From: Bdellovibrionales bacterium
Lineage (GTDB): Bacteria > Bdellovibrionota > Bdellovibrionia > Bdellovibrionales > UBA1609
Assembly: GCA_016716765.1 (NCBI GenBank)
Contig: JADJVA010000009.1
Coordinates: 71,013 to 135,012, forward strand
DNA length: 64,000 bases
Direction of reading: 5' to 3'
Part shown: in pieces, positions 29,495-39,896 of the stretch
Layout of the letters: each line of letters begins with the position of its first letter
Position numbering within the stretch: the stretch's first letter is position 1
Made by a program: the position numbers and the translations under genes
Notes under the pieces: generated by a model
Seen by the model: only the letters and a program-made list of their open reading frames with translations
Databases searched by the model: none
What the model was told of the DNA's origin: nothing

Positions 29495-30496
29495 ATGACC
29501 TGGATTTATGCACCGACATTGGGTCAGAATAAAGCCATGAAAACAGCTCAAGACCTTATGACTTCGCAAGTATATTCAATCAATTCCTCAGATGAGTTGG
29601 ATACTGTCATCAGAGATTTTCTCCAATATGGAGTGACCACGGCGCCCGTGCTTGACCATATGGGTGACGTTTTAGGTATTCTGTCTGAGCTTTCACTCGT
29701 GAAGATCTTTGTTCGCCAAAGCCTAAAGGAGTCGAAGGTAGTTCGAATTGGACAATTTTCTGATATTCTCGAAGAACCATTTTTTGTTAGCCTAGACACG
29801 CCTATTGCTGGAGTCATGAAGGCTTTGGTTCACTCGCCTACACACCGCGTGGTTGTCCAGAATCTGGGAAAACAAATGGTGGGGGTTATTAGTCCAAAAG
29901 ATGTACTGAGATTTCTTTTGGGCGAATTTGACGAATCTAAAAATTTGAACAGTCAATTAGAGAAAGCACATGAAAAACTAAAGGAAGTCATGTCCCAACT
30001 TAAAGACACAAAAGAAGTCTTGATTCGCTACCAAAATTTTTACGAAAAAACTCCGGTCCTGATGCACTCGGTGGACGCGGAAGGCAACATTGTAATGGCA
30101 AACCACTGTATACATCAGGCACTCGGATACAATCCCGGCGAACTAATTGGTAAACATATTGACGACCTTTATACCAAAGATCATGTTGCTGACGCCCTCC
30201 GAGGGCTAAAAAATATTGCTAACAATGGTTTTCACAAGAGTACTTACACAACAATGATGACCAAAGAAGGGAAACCTTTCAGAGTGGATATAGCCTCGTC
30301 CGCGATCAAAACTCCGGATGGAAATTTTTTTGCGACTATTTCAGTTTCACGACCGATAAATTCGGATACCATTCTCAGAGCACTCCGCGGATTGCTTCAT
30401 CAAGAAAGCCTTGGAGAGGAAGACCTCAATGCATTTTTACAGGAAATACAAGCGATGGGACTGTCTCACTCTCCAAAACCAATCTCAAAAATTTAG
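29495..30496 (+). CDS. CBS-pair plus PAS domain protein (sensor/regulator without obvious output domain)
   Basis: The N-terminal tandem CBS pattern is AQDLMTSQVYSI..., and ...VISPKDVLRFL. A coiled linker follows, then a PAS-like segment (VLMHSVDAEGNIVMANHCIHQALGYNPGELIGKHIDDLY). The start could be ATG 29537. Confidence 0.65.
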   Translation: MTWIYAPTLGQNKAMKTAQDLMTSQVYSINSSDELDTVIRDFLQYGVTTAPVLDHMGDVLGILSELSLVKIFVRQSLKESKVVRIGQFSDILEEPFFVSLDTPIAGVMKALVHSPTHRVVVQNLGKQMVGVISPKDVLRFLLGEFDESKNLNSQLEKAHEKLKEVMSQLKDTKEVLIRYQNFYEKTPVLMHSVDAEGNIVMANHCIHQALGYNPGELIGKHIDDLYTKDHVADALRGLKNIANNGFHKSTYTTMMTKEGKPFRVDIASSAIKTPDGNFFATISVSRPINSDTILRALRGLLHQESLGEEDLNAFLQEIQAMGLSHSPKPISKI

Positions 30497-31578
30497 TTGC
30501 CAGCTGACGAAGGCTGCGGAAATTTTTCGACGATGAGCGTTTGGGTCGGATACGCAAATTCAATATTTTCTAATTGAAATTTCTTGAATATCCCAATGAG
30601 AAGCGCCTGTTTCAGATCCATATAGATCTGAAATTCTGGGTCCATGACCCAGAATACAATCTCGAAATCAAGCGACGAATTTCCATAATTTGAAAAATGA
30701 CAGCGCTCATATCTAAGATTATTGATATTCTCCACAATGGCTCTGATCCAAATTGGTATCATCTCCAACTTATCTGCTGGAGTCGAATAGGTAACCCCAA
30801 TATTCAATACACCACGACGTTCAGACATTCGCTTAAAATTTTGAATCCGGCTTTCCAACAAGTCCTTATTTGAAAAAATTAGCTCCTCTCCCGAAAGGCT
30901 GCGTACTCGGGTCGTCTTGATTCCAATGTGCTCCACTGTACCCTTCTCATTTCCGACATATATGAGATCCCCTATTACAAACGGCTTATCAAATACAATT
31001 GATAGCGAAGCCAACAAATCTCCCAATACATTTTGAGCAGCGAGAGCTACGGCGATTCCTCCGACCCCGAGTCCAGCAACCAAAGCTCCAACATCCACTC
31101 CTATGTTACTCAAAGCCAATAAACTGGCGACACAAATCAAAAGTGTCTGGGCTCCCACATAGATTAATCCTATTGCCGACTTCGAGGAACCATTACTGGA
31201 TAACTTCTTCGAGAGAATATGTTCTCGCCACCTGCTGAGCAGCTTCAATCCCCAAATGCAAAATTGATAGGCAGTGAGTAAAACGACCGAAACATGTAGA
31301 ATGCGGTTCATGGCATCAGTGGTATTAAGAGTCTGAGCCAACAAACTGAACATCCACGTAAATATAACGAGCTTCCTAAGTCCATCAAAACAGTCCCCGA
31401 TCAACTCATGAAAGACTCCGTCCTTGTTTTTTGTAAAATGCCGCCAACGATCAGATACAAGGTTGAGCGCGATCTTTATAAAGGCCGTCAAGCCAATTGC
31501 CACGCTTATCGCAAGCAGCCATTTGATTTCGCCCCTCACCGATAAGACTTCACTTAACTGCTCAAACCAGGAAGTCAC
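30493..31578 (-). CDS. mechanosensitive ion channel, MscS family
   Basis: TM3/beta-domain signature LGDLLASLSIVFDKPFVIGDLIYVGNEKGTVEHIGIKTTRVRSLSGEELIFSN. Confidence 0.85.
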   Translation of the reverse strand: MTSWFEQLSEVLSVRGEIKWLLAISVAIGLTAFIKIALNLVSDRWRHFTKNKDGVFHELIGDCFDGLRKLVIFTWMFSLLAQTLNTTDAMNRILHVSVVLLTAYQFCIWGLKLLSRWREHILSKKLSSNGSSKSAIGLIYVGAQTLLICVASLLALSNIGVDVGALVAGLGVGGIAVALAAQNVLGDLLASLSIVFDKPFVIGDLIYVGNEKGTVEHIGIKTTRVRSLSGEELIFSNKDLLESRIQNFKRMSERRGVLNIGVTYSTPADKLEMIPIWIRAIVENINNLRYERCHFSNYGNSSLDFEIVFWVMDPEFQIYMDLKQALLIGIFKKFQLENIEFAYPTQTLIVEKFPQPSSAGN

Positions 31579-31794
31579 AAATCTCTCCTTTTGTCATAGG
31601 ACTGCAATTTCTAAGATATTCAAACAAAAAAATCAAATTGTTACTGAATACAGTTTATCGACACATACAAGTGACTGTCATTTGAGTTCGGACCAATCCC
31701 TTGCTATTAAGGCCCTTTTTTGATCTCCTGCCCAGACGAAGGTCTGCCGACAATGATCTCGTGAGAATTTTTGAATATTGGTAGCTCTATAAAC

Positions 31795-31824
31795 TGTGAG
31801 AGGAGGCACTTTATTGCCCTCACA
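31795..31824 (-). terminator. hairpin just downstream of the 31831-32946 gene
   Basis: TGTGAG(A)GG ... CCCTCACA stem with a 12-nt loop, followed on the minus strand by GTTTAT. Confidence 0.35.
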
Positions 31825-31830
31825 TTCTAT

Positions 31831-32946
31831 TCAATTCGAATTTAACAAAAGTTTCATCGATGCTTTGCGTACGGATTTGTCACGCATTTTAAATATCATG
31901 GAATCGATGATAATATGGAGAATATTTGTGGCCGCATAGATGGACCAACTCCAGATAATAAAATCACTCTTCGGCCCTGACCCCATCGAAAGAAAGTAAT
32001 CTGCCATTCCATTCTTTCTAAAAAGAAGAAGAAAAAAATAAAGAGTAGTGATACCAATAACAAAAATTGAAGAATACATCACAACACGTTCTTGCCTAGA
32101 TCTCTTGATTTTTTTCCATACAAGGAAATATTCATAACCATGAATGATTCGAACACCCGAAACAGCGGCCATTGAAAATGCGTAAAATGGCCACACAAGA
32201 TATCTGATGGAAAAAATCAATTTAATAGGCAGACCCAGCTTAAAGCATCTGTATCCTACAAAAATAAGTCCAGCCGACACGCACAAGGAAAAAACGACAG
32301 CAATAGTCTTGTAATACATTGCGTAGGCCAAGAAATGTTCGTAGCCGTCCAAATATCCCCTAAAAACGATTGTGCTCAAAACGACACTAAACAGCAACAT
32401 TCTAACGAGATTTCGCTCGATTTCCAAATACCACTTCAACCGATTCCGAGTTCCCTCCGGCTCGGAGGATGCCTGAATAACTTTGTTTGAGTGAATGAAG
32501 GATACTCCCATACTCTGATAGATCATATGGAAAGATGAAAACAACACCGAATCCAAAAAATAAAAAGAAACAAGCAAAAACGATAAAAGTTGATTGTCAA
32601 TTTTGAGCTTTTTAAACGACGCTCCAAAAACCACAAGAAGTACGGCAAAAATTAACCCAAACGGTACCCAAAAAAGAAATGGCTTCCCATTTGTCTTCGT
32701 ATCAATCCAAGCCTTTATTTCAAGCACAGTTAAAAGAAGAGAGAGCGAGAACATATGATGCGCGGCCGCCAAAGTTGAGAGCGCTAGGATGAATCCAACC
32801 AAGGACAAGGGCCTTAACAGCGTAAGCTCAGCAGCAGACAAAGCAAGAAAACCAAAAGGAAGCAGCAAATTTACCGATTCGTCAGTCAGACCAAATGTCG
32901 AACCCAAAATTCGCGACATACACCGACCCCCCAAGACCTCTCTCAC
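31831..32946 (-). CDS. polytopic membrane protein with four conserved His motifs (paralog P2)
   Basis: Multi-TM. Motifs AAHHMFS, FHMIYQ, IHGYEY, LHIIIDSMIFK. The start may be ATG 32919. Confidence 0.65.
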   Translation of the reverse strand: MREVLGGRCMSRILGSTFGLTDESVNLLLPFGFLALSAAELTLLRPLSLVGFILALSTLAAAHHMFSLSLLLTVLEIKAWIDTKTNGKPFLFWVPFGLIFAVLLVVFGASFKKLKIDNQLLSFLLVSFYFLDSVLFSSFHMIYQSMGVSFIHSNKVIQASSEPEGTRNRLKWYLEIERNLVRMLLFSVVLSTIVFRGYLDGYEHFLAYAMYYKTIAVVFSLCVSAGLIFVGYRCFKLGLPIKLIFSIRYLVWPFYAFSMAAVSGVRIIHGYEYFLVWKKIKRSRQERVVMYSSIFVIGITTLYFFLLLFRKNGMADYFLSMGSGPKSDFIIWSWSIYAATNILHIIIDSMIFKMRDKSVRKASMKLLLNSN

Positions 32947-33023
32947 TTTTTGCTACTTACAGTAAAGTTACTATATTAAGCTGGTCAAGTGCAATCGGCT
33001 TAGAAAGAATGTAGGTAAAAGTT

Positions 33024-34280
33024 ATGCATTCCAATCAAGGCAATTCTTGGCGCAATTTAACGGGTCTCTATTCTTTGAAGGAGAATTTTTTGCATTTTTT
33101 TCGACAAGAAAAAGTTGGAAACAATTTTTTTATCAGTGCTTCACTCTTTGAGAGCCAACTTGAAAAATTGAACTTGGCTATTCCCTTTATTTGGATCCCT
33201 CTTTTTATATTTGAGCTCTTCATCCAGCCTGGTCTTTACAATCTTGGTTCTGACATGTTCTGGAACTTCATTCGAAATATTCTTTTTCTCAATACTATTC
33301 ATGTTCTTTTGACCTACATCATGATTTTTCGAAGTGTAGAAGTCAGAGCCTGGCTCAAAGAAAATCGGATTTTCAGAAAACTAGGATTTATGACAAGTGT
33401 TGTTTTTGTTCAGCTATTTTTTATAGCATTTTTTGTTGTCCAAAAAACAAGTTTTCCAATGGGCAGAATCTTGGACTATAGTTTGTATGCTGGAATACTG
33501 GTATCATTTGTTGTTTTCGGACTCAAAGTGCATCATAGTCTCTCGCAGGTCAGATATCTCGCCAGATTATACGACACAAAGTGTACGCCAAATGTGAATG
33601 GACTTAGAGACGAAACGCAAATGACAGAGAAGGCTCAGAAAGTCGAACAAAGACTATTTATTCTTCTTATCGCATCCTTTTTTCTCATCGGATCTGTTTG
33701 GTACGCTCTCGTGGGAGAAAAACTTCCTTTTGAATATTCCGAAATGGCAAAAATTCTCTCTTTGATTCTTTTCATCCCCTGCATAGGAATACTTATTAAT
33801 TTCTTTCGATATCCGAGGCCCTGGAATATCAATAAGGGCATTTATTTGCTGAGGCTAATTGCCTTCCCGCTCTTTTATATTACCCCGATCACGACCCTGG
33901 TAATGAGTTCCTGCCATGGAATGGAATACTGGTGTATCTATAGCACTACCAAGAAGAAATCAGTAAATGGGGTTCAATGGATGAGCATTTCAACATGGAT
34001 GTTGTTTATTCTCGCCGTTGGTCTACTGTTGACCCCCTATAGCAAAATGCCAGTCTTGAACTGGCTTTTTCCTGATTTGAGTGCCTTTAGCTCCTCCGTA
34101 TTAATAGGAGTTTCAGTGAGCTTTTCATTTACTCACTACTACATCGACGCACTCCTAATTAAAATGGTCCGAAATGGAAATCAGGAGAAATCCGCTCTGG
34201 AGGGTTTTCTAGAAAATAGCGGTGAAAAGACCGAGACTTCGCGGTTATCTTTAAAATTAGCACCCCAAACTACTGAGTAG
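33024..34280 (+). CDS. polytopic membrane protein with four conserved His motifs (paralog P3)
   Basis: Multi-TM. Motifs IHVLLT, VHHSLSQ, CHGMEY, THYYIDALLIK. Divergent from P2, and 12 nt upstream of the PLP enzyme gene. Confidence 0.65.
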   Translation: MHSNQGNSWRNLTGLYSLKENFLHFFRQEKVGNNFFISASLFESQLEKLNLAIPFIWIPLFIFELFIQPGLYNLGSDMFWNFIRNILFLNTIHVLLTYIMIFRSVEVRAWLKENRIFRKLGFMTSVVFVQLFFIAFFVVQKTSFPMGRILDYSLYAGILVSFVVFGLKVHHSLSQVRYLARLYDTKCTPNVNGLRDETQMTEKAQKVEQRLFILLIASFFLIGSVWYALVGEKLPFEYSEMAKILSLILFIPCIGILINFFRYPRPWNINKGIYLLRLIAFPLFYITPITTLVMSSCHGMEYWCIYSTTKKKSVNGVQWMSISTWMLFILAVGLLLTPYSKMPVLNWLFPDLSAFSSSVLIGVSVSFSFTHYYIDALLIKMVRNGNQEKSALEGFLENSGEKTETSRLSLKLAPQTTE

Positions 34281-34292
34281 GAGGATTGGGCA

Positions 34293-35588
34293 ATGAGCTC
34301 ATATAAATTTAATCGAAGAGAATCTTTAAAGGCTTTGGCATTAGCGGCAGGGTCTTTCACTCTCTCAGCATGCACGCATGGTAACTTGCAATCTTCAAAT
34401 GCAAGCTCAGAACCTGACATACAGAATGATTGGGGTGCTGTCAGAGATCTTTTTAATCTCGATCGAAAAAAACTTCACTTTGCAAGCTTCGTACTGACGT
34501 CTCACCCTACGCCCGTCAGAAGGGAAATCGAGCGTCTTCAGAAGCAATTCGATTCGGACCCCATGGCCAGCAAGGAACATTTTAGTGTTTTCATTGAAAG
34601 AATGCACAATTCCGCTGCAACCTATCTAAAGACTGATTTTAAAAATATCGCCTTTACAGACAGCACAACAATGGGTCTAGGTTTATTATACAACGGAATT
34701 AAACTCTCTCCAGGCCAAGAGATCTTGGTGTCTGACCATGATTTCTATTCGACCATAGAAAGTCTAAGGTTGAGAGCCAATAACACTGGCGCATTGGTCC
34801 GTAAATACGAGCTCTACAAATCGATAAAGCAGGTTTCTGAAGACGAAATACTTACTAATATTCGCAAAAATATAAAGCCGAAAACTCGCGTTTTGGCGAC
34901 CACTTGGGTTCAATCAGATACCGGGTTAAAAATTCCAGTGAAAGGAATTGGTGAAATTGTTGCTGATGTGAATCGGAATCGTGACTCTAAAAATCGCTTG
35001 CTCTATTGTATCGATGGAGTTCACGGATTTGGAGTTGAGGAAATGACTCCAACCGAAATGGGTTGTGATTTTTTTGCGGCGGGGACTCATAAGGCAATAT
35101 TTGGCCCCCGTGGCACCGGCATATTATGGGCTAAGGATGCCAAATGGCCAAGCCCAGACATTGAGGCAACAATCCCTTCTTTTTTTGGCACAAACTATTT
35201 TGGCCAAGCTATGTCCCCTGGCGGAATGCACACTTTTGATTATCGTTGGGTCGTCTACGAAGCCTTTGATCTACATTTAAAAATTGGCAAAAATAGAATC
35301 GAAAAAAGAATCCACTCTCTAGCCACCCAGATGAAGCAGGGTCTGCTTAAAATTCCCCATGTTGACCTTATGACTCCTTTGGACGAACGTCTTTCTGCTG
35401 GTCTTATTGGATTTGAGATTGCTGGCATGACTCCAGAGAATGTAGTGCAGGCCCTTGCCAAGGAAAATATCGTCTCCAGCGTGAATTCTCGACTGAAAAC
35501 AACGGCTCGTTTATTTCCCAGTCTTCTCACTTGTGAGGCAGATGTAGAGACTGTTTTAAAAGTGATTCAAAACAAAATTAAGGCATAA
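34293..35588 (+). CDS. class-V aminotransferase-fold PLP enzyme (cysteine desulfurase / isopenicillin-N-epimerase-like) with Tat signal and lipobox
   Basis: AGGAGG RBS. N-terminus NRRESLKALALAAGSFTLSAC (twin-Arg motif plus L-S-A-C lipobox). AAGTHKAIFGPRGTGILW carries the PLP lysine context of fold-type I class V enzymes. Confidence 0.7.
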   Translation: MSSYKFNRRESLKALALAAGSFTLSACTHGNLQSSNASSEPDIQNDWGAVRDLFNLDRKKLHFASFVLTSHPTPVRREIERLQKQFDSDPMASKEHFSVFIERMHNSAATYLKTDFKNIAFTDSTTMGLGLLYNGIKLSPGQEILVSDHDFYSTIESLRLRANNTGALVRKYELYKSIKQVSEDEILTNIRKNIKPKTRVLATTWVQSDTGLKIPVKGIGEIVADVNRNRDSKNRLLYCIDGVHGFGVEEMTPTEMGCDFFAAGTHKAIFGPRGTGILWAKDAKWPSPDIEATIPSFFGTNYFGQAMSPGGMHTFDYRWVVYEAFDLHLKIGKNRIEKRIHSLATQMKQGLLKIPHVDLMTPLDERLSAGLIGFEIAGMTPENVVQALAKENIVSSVNSRLKTTARLFPSLLTCEADVETVLKVIQNKIKA

Positions 35589-35678
35589 AAATATCTCAAT
35601 ACCTCGCCCATCTCGTGCCAACTCATCGTGCACTCGCGAATTCAGGAGCAATTTCAATTCCCTTTTGCTTTTGCTTCT

Positions 35679-37016
35679 TTATAAGGTATTGAACGTAGCG
35701 GTGAATGAAATTTTCTTTGAGTCCTTAAATCGCCACCACCCCCGATATGTATTTGAGGGAAATGTGGAAATGGGTAGTTGACTCCTCCATACCGACGAGG
35801 AAGCGTCGTAAGTCCAGGGTGCCGTCTGAGTCCACTTTGCTTGATCATCACATGACCTGGTACCTAACACTTCAAGACAAGCTTCGATATTGCTCGGACT
35901 GGATCCCGCATTCTCAGCTTTTGAATACAAAAATCCACCCCTCGAAAGAGGAAAATAATATTGAGCAGGTCCATTGTAGGAATCAGAAAAAGTCAAAACC
36001 GGAGCCAAATCCAGACCACTCGCCATGGGGCAATTGTATAAATCGACGGGCTGTTTTAGAATCACAGCCTGATTGAAAATCGTCGCAAAGCACTTTCCCA
36101 GAGCGAACTGACCAGTTCCATTAAAATGCCAAGTGTCGCTCAACACAAAGTTATCCGTAGATAATAGAAACGTATTTTTTACTTGTCTCGCCAATTTTTC
36201 CTGGGCAGATCGAACCCCAACAACTGATTCAAGCGGCAAGTGCGCATAACGGTAAATTCGCCCAAAAATAAATGCCAAATCCTTCTCAACTAAATCGGTA
36301 CGAATCTTTTCAATGAGGGTGAATAGGTTGGTCTGGTACATTTTTCCAATGGATGAATATTCGAGGGCATCGCTTTCTCCCTGCATCCAAAGCATTGCTT
36401 TGTACTCAACGTCTCTCTGATTTACCGCGGAGCGAATGTAAGCCAGCAGATTTAAATAGAGAGGATTGTTCTGCGTGACGGTCTGTCCCTGATTATTTTG
36501 GTACTTAGGTAGCCATTGTGCCAGACTGGTCCCATTGACCGCATATTTGATGCCGATAATTTTTTTTCCAGGAAAAAGACGACCAATTTCAGATATGAAT
36601 GAAATCTCAGGACCGAACTCAGAGACACCGTCCTGATCCAAGTCCTGCTGATGGTCCCAGTCAGCCACCCTCCTGTTCGCAACATAAAATTCCACGTTTG
36701 AAGGAATCTTGGTCAATTTCTCATTTTTCAAATAGCTATAGAGCTGACCCTGCCCAGCCATATTTGATTGTCCTGCCAATACAAAGACCCAGGGCTTATT
36801 GATAGACTGATTTCCTCCGGAGGTATTATTTATACTGATGCCGTTGTCAGAATTATTCTCTGTCTCTTCCTTCGTTTGATCATCATCTCCGTCCTTCAAA
36901 GGAAGAAAATGATCGCAATTAACAAAATGAAATAGTAAAATCCCTCCGGTTAGCACAAGGGCATATCTAGTTGATAAAATGAAGAGACGGCGATTTATAT
37001 TCAATTGCAAAAGCAC
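35679..37016 (-). CDS. sialate O-acetylesterase-like SGNH/CE6 carbohydrate esterase (SASA family)
   Basis: VFVLAGQSNMAGQG and LWMQGESD are the family hallmarks. N-terminal anchor/lipobox-like LLFHFVNC. Confidence 0.8.
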   Translation of the reverse strand: MLLQLNINRRLFILSTRYALVLTGGILLFHFVNCDHFLPLKDGDDDQTKEETENNSDNGISINNTSGGNQSINKPWVFVLAGQSNMAGQGQLYSYLKNEKLTKIPSNVEFYVANRRVADWDHQQDLDQDGVSEFGPEISFISEIGRLFPGKKIIGIKYAVNGTSLAQWLPKYQNNQGQTVTQNNPLYLNLLAYIRSAVNQRDVEYKAMLWMQGESDALEYSSIGKMYQTNLFTLIEKIRTDLVEKDLAFIFGRIYRYAHLPLESVVGVRSAQEKLARQVKNTFLLSTDNFVLSDTWHFNGTGQFALGKCFATIFNQAVILKQPVDLYNCPMASGLDLAPVLTFSDSYNGPAQYYFPLSRGGFLYSKAENAGSSPSNIEACLEVLGTRSCDDQAKWTQTAPWTYDASSSVWRSQLPISTFPSNTYRGWWRFKDSKKISFTATFNTL

Positions 37017-37356
37017 CTCCTCGAATACAATCTGTATCTCGCAAAAGGCATGCCGGCTCGATCAAGTAAATCACTTTGAATTAAAACCAATTAGTTTGAG
37101 TCATTTCAAGTTATTGTGGCGACATCTCAACCCATATTACCAAGCGGAACTGTGCCCAAGCATTTGGCAGGTGGCGACACGCCTCCTCCAATTAAGAAGC
37201 CCAACTCCTGTCTCAAATTGAAACAGTCGACCGAAGACCCATTTCGTTTGTCTGGTTGAGTTGTCTTTGCAGATTCTGTTCGAACGTATCAGTTTGACAT
37301 ATGTCCATCAAAAATGGGATCAGGAGGGTTACGGTAATTCAAGCCTGTGACGATAA

Positions 37357-38109
37357 ATGGGCATGGTTTTGATTCTCTTTCTTTCCTTAGCAATTCCCAG
37401 GTCAATTCCCGTAGGAGCAGCTTCCTGTGAAGAACTTAAGGTTGGCGAGGCTCAAAACATCATAGGACAAACTGAGCACGGGGCGAATATCCGTAGATAC
37501 CGTCTTCACCGCAGAAGCGAAAATCGATACGAAGTCTTGTTTAACCCAAAGTTTTCCCATGTCGAACTTTCGAAGCAATTCAATAAGTGCTTTCAGTCCG
37601 GGCATCTATTGGAAACGCCAAGCGGTAAGCAAGTCCGCATTATGGCGAGTCCTTTGGCGCCTGAAATAGAAATTAGAAGAAAAGATCGGCCTGGGCCGGC
37701 GACAAGAGATCGGTGGGATTCGGCTATGGACTGTGGATGGATGGCTCATGAGTTATTGCATTGGGCTGGGTTGTGCGACGAGTACCGACATTCCTTGAAA
37801 AGAACTTCTGCATCAGATAGCACCCATGCCTCGAGCTTTTCCTGTCGAAGAGTAAGAGAGAATAATCTTATGGGCTTAAATTCAAAAGACACACAGAATG
37901 TGCTCCTAGATGATCAATTCAACCAAATCATTCTGCCAGGCTGTCCCGTCAACTCGACCTATACGGAATGTGCGAAACAGGCATATTCTTTCCGATCAAG
38001 CGGATGCAAAAAGGGTGGCGAATGCAAGGACGTCCTTTCGAGACCGATCTCTGTTCAGCCACCAATTGAAGTGGAAGATAGAGGATCTGAAGCCACGGGC
38101 CAGCGTTAG
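37357..38109 (+). CDS. secreted putative zinc metalloprotease (HExxH)
   Basis: Signal peptide MGMVLILFLSLAIPRSIPVGAAS. Single HELLH motif in WMAHELLHWAGLCDEY. Cys-rich. Confidence 0.45.
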   Translation: MGMVLILFLSLAIPRSIPVGAASCEELKVGEAQNIIGQTEHGANIRRYRLHRRSENRYEVLFNPKFSHVELSKQFNKCFQSGHLLETPSGKQVRIMASPLAPEIEIRRKDRPGPATRDRWDSAMDCGWMAHELLHWAGLCDEYRHSLKRTSASDSTHASSFSCRRVRENNLMGLNSKDTQNVLLDDQFNQIILPGCPVNSTYTECAKQAYSFRSSGCKKGGECKDVLSRPISVQPPIEVEDRGSEATGQR

Positions 38110-38152
38110 ATCCGACATTGTTAACTGTAAATCTGCCGGGCCAGATTGGGTT

Positions 38153-39517
38153 CTATTTGCTGATTTGAAAAGCCAGCTCCAGCGCCTGACTTGCGTTAAG
38201 TCGTGGATCGCAGAGCGTTTCGTAAAGCCCCTCAGCGAGGTGCTCTTCCAAAATGGCCTGATCTCCGCCAATGCACTCCACAACGTCTCTGCCGGTTAAC
38301 TCAAAGTGCACTCCTCCAGCCACGGTGCCAAAGGATTCATGAACCTTGAAGAATTTTTTGACTTCAGAAATGATCGCGCCGAAAGCCCGCGTTTTGTAAC
38401 CATTCTTTGCCGTAATTGTATTGCCGTGCATGGGATCGCAACACCAAACAACCTGGCGGCCCTCTTTCTGAACATGCTGAATCAGTTTTGGCAAAAACAC
38501 ATCGATTTTTTCAAAACCCATCCGCGAAATAAGGGTCAAGCGTCCCATTTCATTGCGCGGATTGAGAATATCCATCAGACGTGACAGCTCGTCGGTTGTA
38601 ATTGAGGGCCCGCACTTCACCGCAATCGGGTTGTTCACACCACGTAAGAATTCAACGTGAGCTCCGTCTGGCTCTCTGGTGCGATCACCAAGCCAAAGCA
38701 GGTGCGCTGAACAATCATACCAGTCGCCTTCGTAATCCTGCTCGGGCCTCGCTGTGGTGCTATCCCGCCGAGTTAAGGCCTGCTCATAAGGCAGCAACAA
38801 CGCCTCATGGGAGGTGTAAAACTCGACCTGATGAATCTGTGGAGTATTTTCGTTGGTAATACCACAGGCTTTCATAAAAGCCAGAGCCTCGTCGAGACGA
38901 CTGGCAATGTCCTCGTAAAGGCTGCTCTGGGCCGTGTTTTTTTTCACAAAATCAAGATTCCAAGCATGGACTTGTTTCAGGTCGGCATAGCCCCCATGGG
39001 AAAATGCGCGCAGAAGATTTAATGTGGCGGCAGCCTGCACATAAGCCCGCTCCATCCGCACCGGATCTGGAGTTCGTGCGATCGGGTCAAAATCACTGCC
39101 GTTGATGATATCTCCTCTGTAACACGGGAGCCTCACTCCATCTCGAATCTCTACATCGCTACTGCGAGGCTTAGCAAACTGCCCAGCCAGCCGTCCCACT
39201 TTGATGACCGGCTTTTTCCTGACATAAGTCAAAATCACCGCCATCTGTAAAAGCACGCGAAACGTATCACGAATGGTATTCGCACGAAATTCATTGAAGC
39301 TTTCCGCACAATCGCCACCTTGAAGTAAAATTGCATCACCTTGACCAACCTCGGCCAAACGCTCTTTGAGACAACGAGCCTCGCCGGCAAACACCAGCGG
39401 CGGGTAAACAGCCAAGCTGGCTTCCACTTCTGCCAACTTTCCAGGATCGGGGTACACAGGCACCTGGGATACCTTTTTGTCACGCCAACTTCTCGGAGTC
39501 CATAAAGCCTGGTTCAT
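38153..39517 (-). CDS. 3-deoxy-7-phosphoheptulonate (DAHP) synthase, class II
   Basis: 454 aa. N-terminal [19 protein letters not shown] and overall length are typical of plant-like class II DAHPS. Confidence 0.85.
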   Translation of the reverse strand: MNQALWTPRSWRDKKVSQVPVYPDPGKLAEVEASLAVYPPLVFAGEARCLKERLAEVGQGDAILLQGGDCAESFNEFRANTIRDTFRVLLQMAVILTYVRKKPVIKVGRLAGQFAKPRSSDVEIRDGVRLPCYRGDIINGSDFDPIARTPDPVRMERAYVQAAATLNLLRAFSHGGYADLKQVHAWNLDFVKKNTAQSSLYEDIASRLDEALAFMKACGITNENTPQIHQVEFYTSHEALLLPYEQALTRRDSTTARPEQDYEGDWYDCSAHLLWLGDRTREPDGAHVEFLRGVNNPIAVKCGPSITTDELSRLMDILNPRNEMGRLTLISRMGFEKIDVFLPKLIQHVQKEGRQVVWCCDPMHGNTITAKNGYKTRAFGAIISEVKKFFKVHESFGTVAGGVHFELTGRDVVECIGGDQAILEEHLAEGLYETLCDPRLNASQALELAFQISK

Positions 39518-39518
39518 T

Positions 39519-39896
39519 TTACTGACCTTTCACTTTCACTACCCTACGACCTGATTTTTGTACCGAGGGCGCCTTTTTCTGCTGAAAAGTAGCCTCCGCC
39601 AATATCATTTCAAAAATTCCACGAATAAAACTTTTTCGAAGACCCATTTTTGCCCCAAGCTGAGAGCGGTTATGCAAGACCTCGACCTCCCGCTGATTCT
39701 GGACAATGCTGCGACGACCCTGCCTTTTCAATTGACCGACTTTTGCTACGATCCCGAATCTCCGCCGCAAAGCTACCAAAATTTGCCGATCAGCCTTGTC
39801 TATGTCCCTCCGCAAAAGCTGCAGCCGTCGATCAAACGAATCCTTTGAAGCCTTAGAGGTTTTAAGATTTTTTCTCCTTTTACGAGCCTCACTCAT
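39519..39896 (-). CDS. chorismate mutase (AroQ class)
   Basis: [33 protein letters not shown]. Small helical protein. ATGA overlap with tyrA. Confidence 0.75.
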   Translation of the reverse strand: MSEARKRRKNLKTSKASKDSFDRRLQLLRRDIDKADRQILVALRRRFGIVAKVGQLKRQGRRSIVQNQREVEVLHNRSQLGAKMGLRKSFIRGIFEMILAEATFQQKKAPSVQKSGRRVVKVKGQ

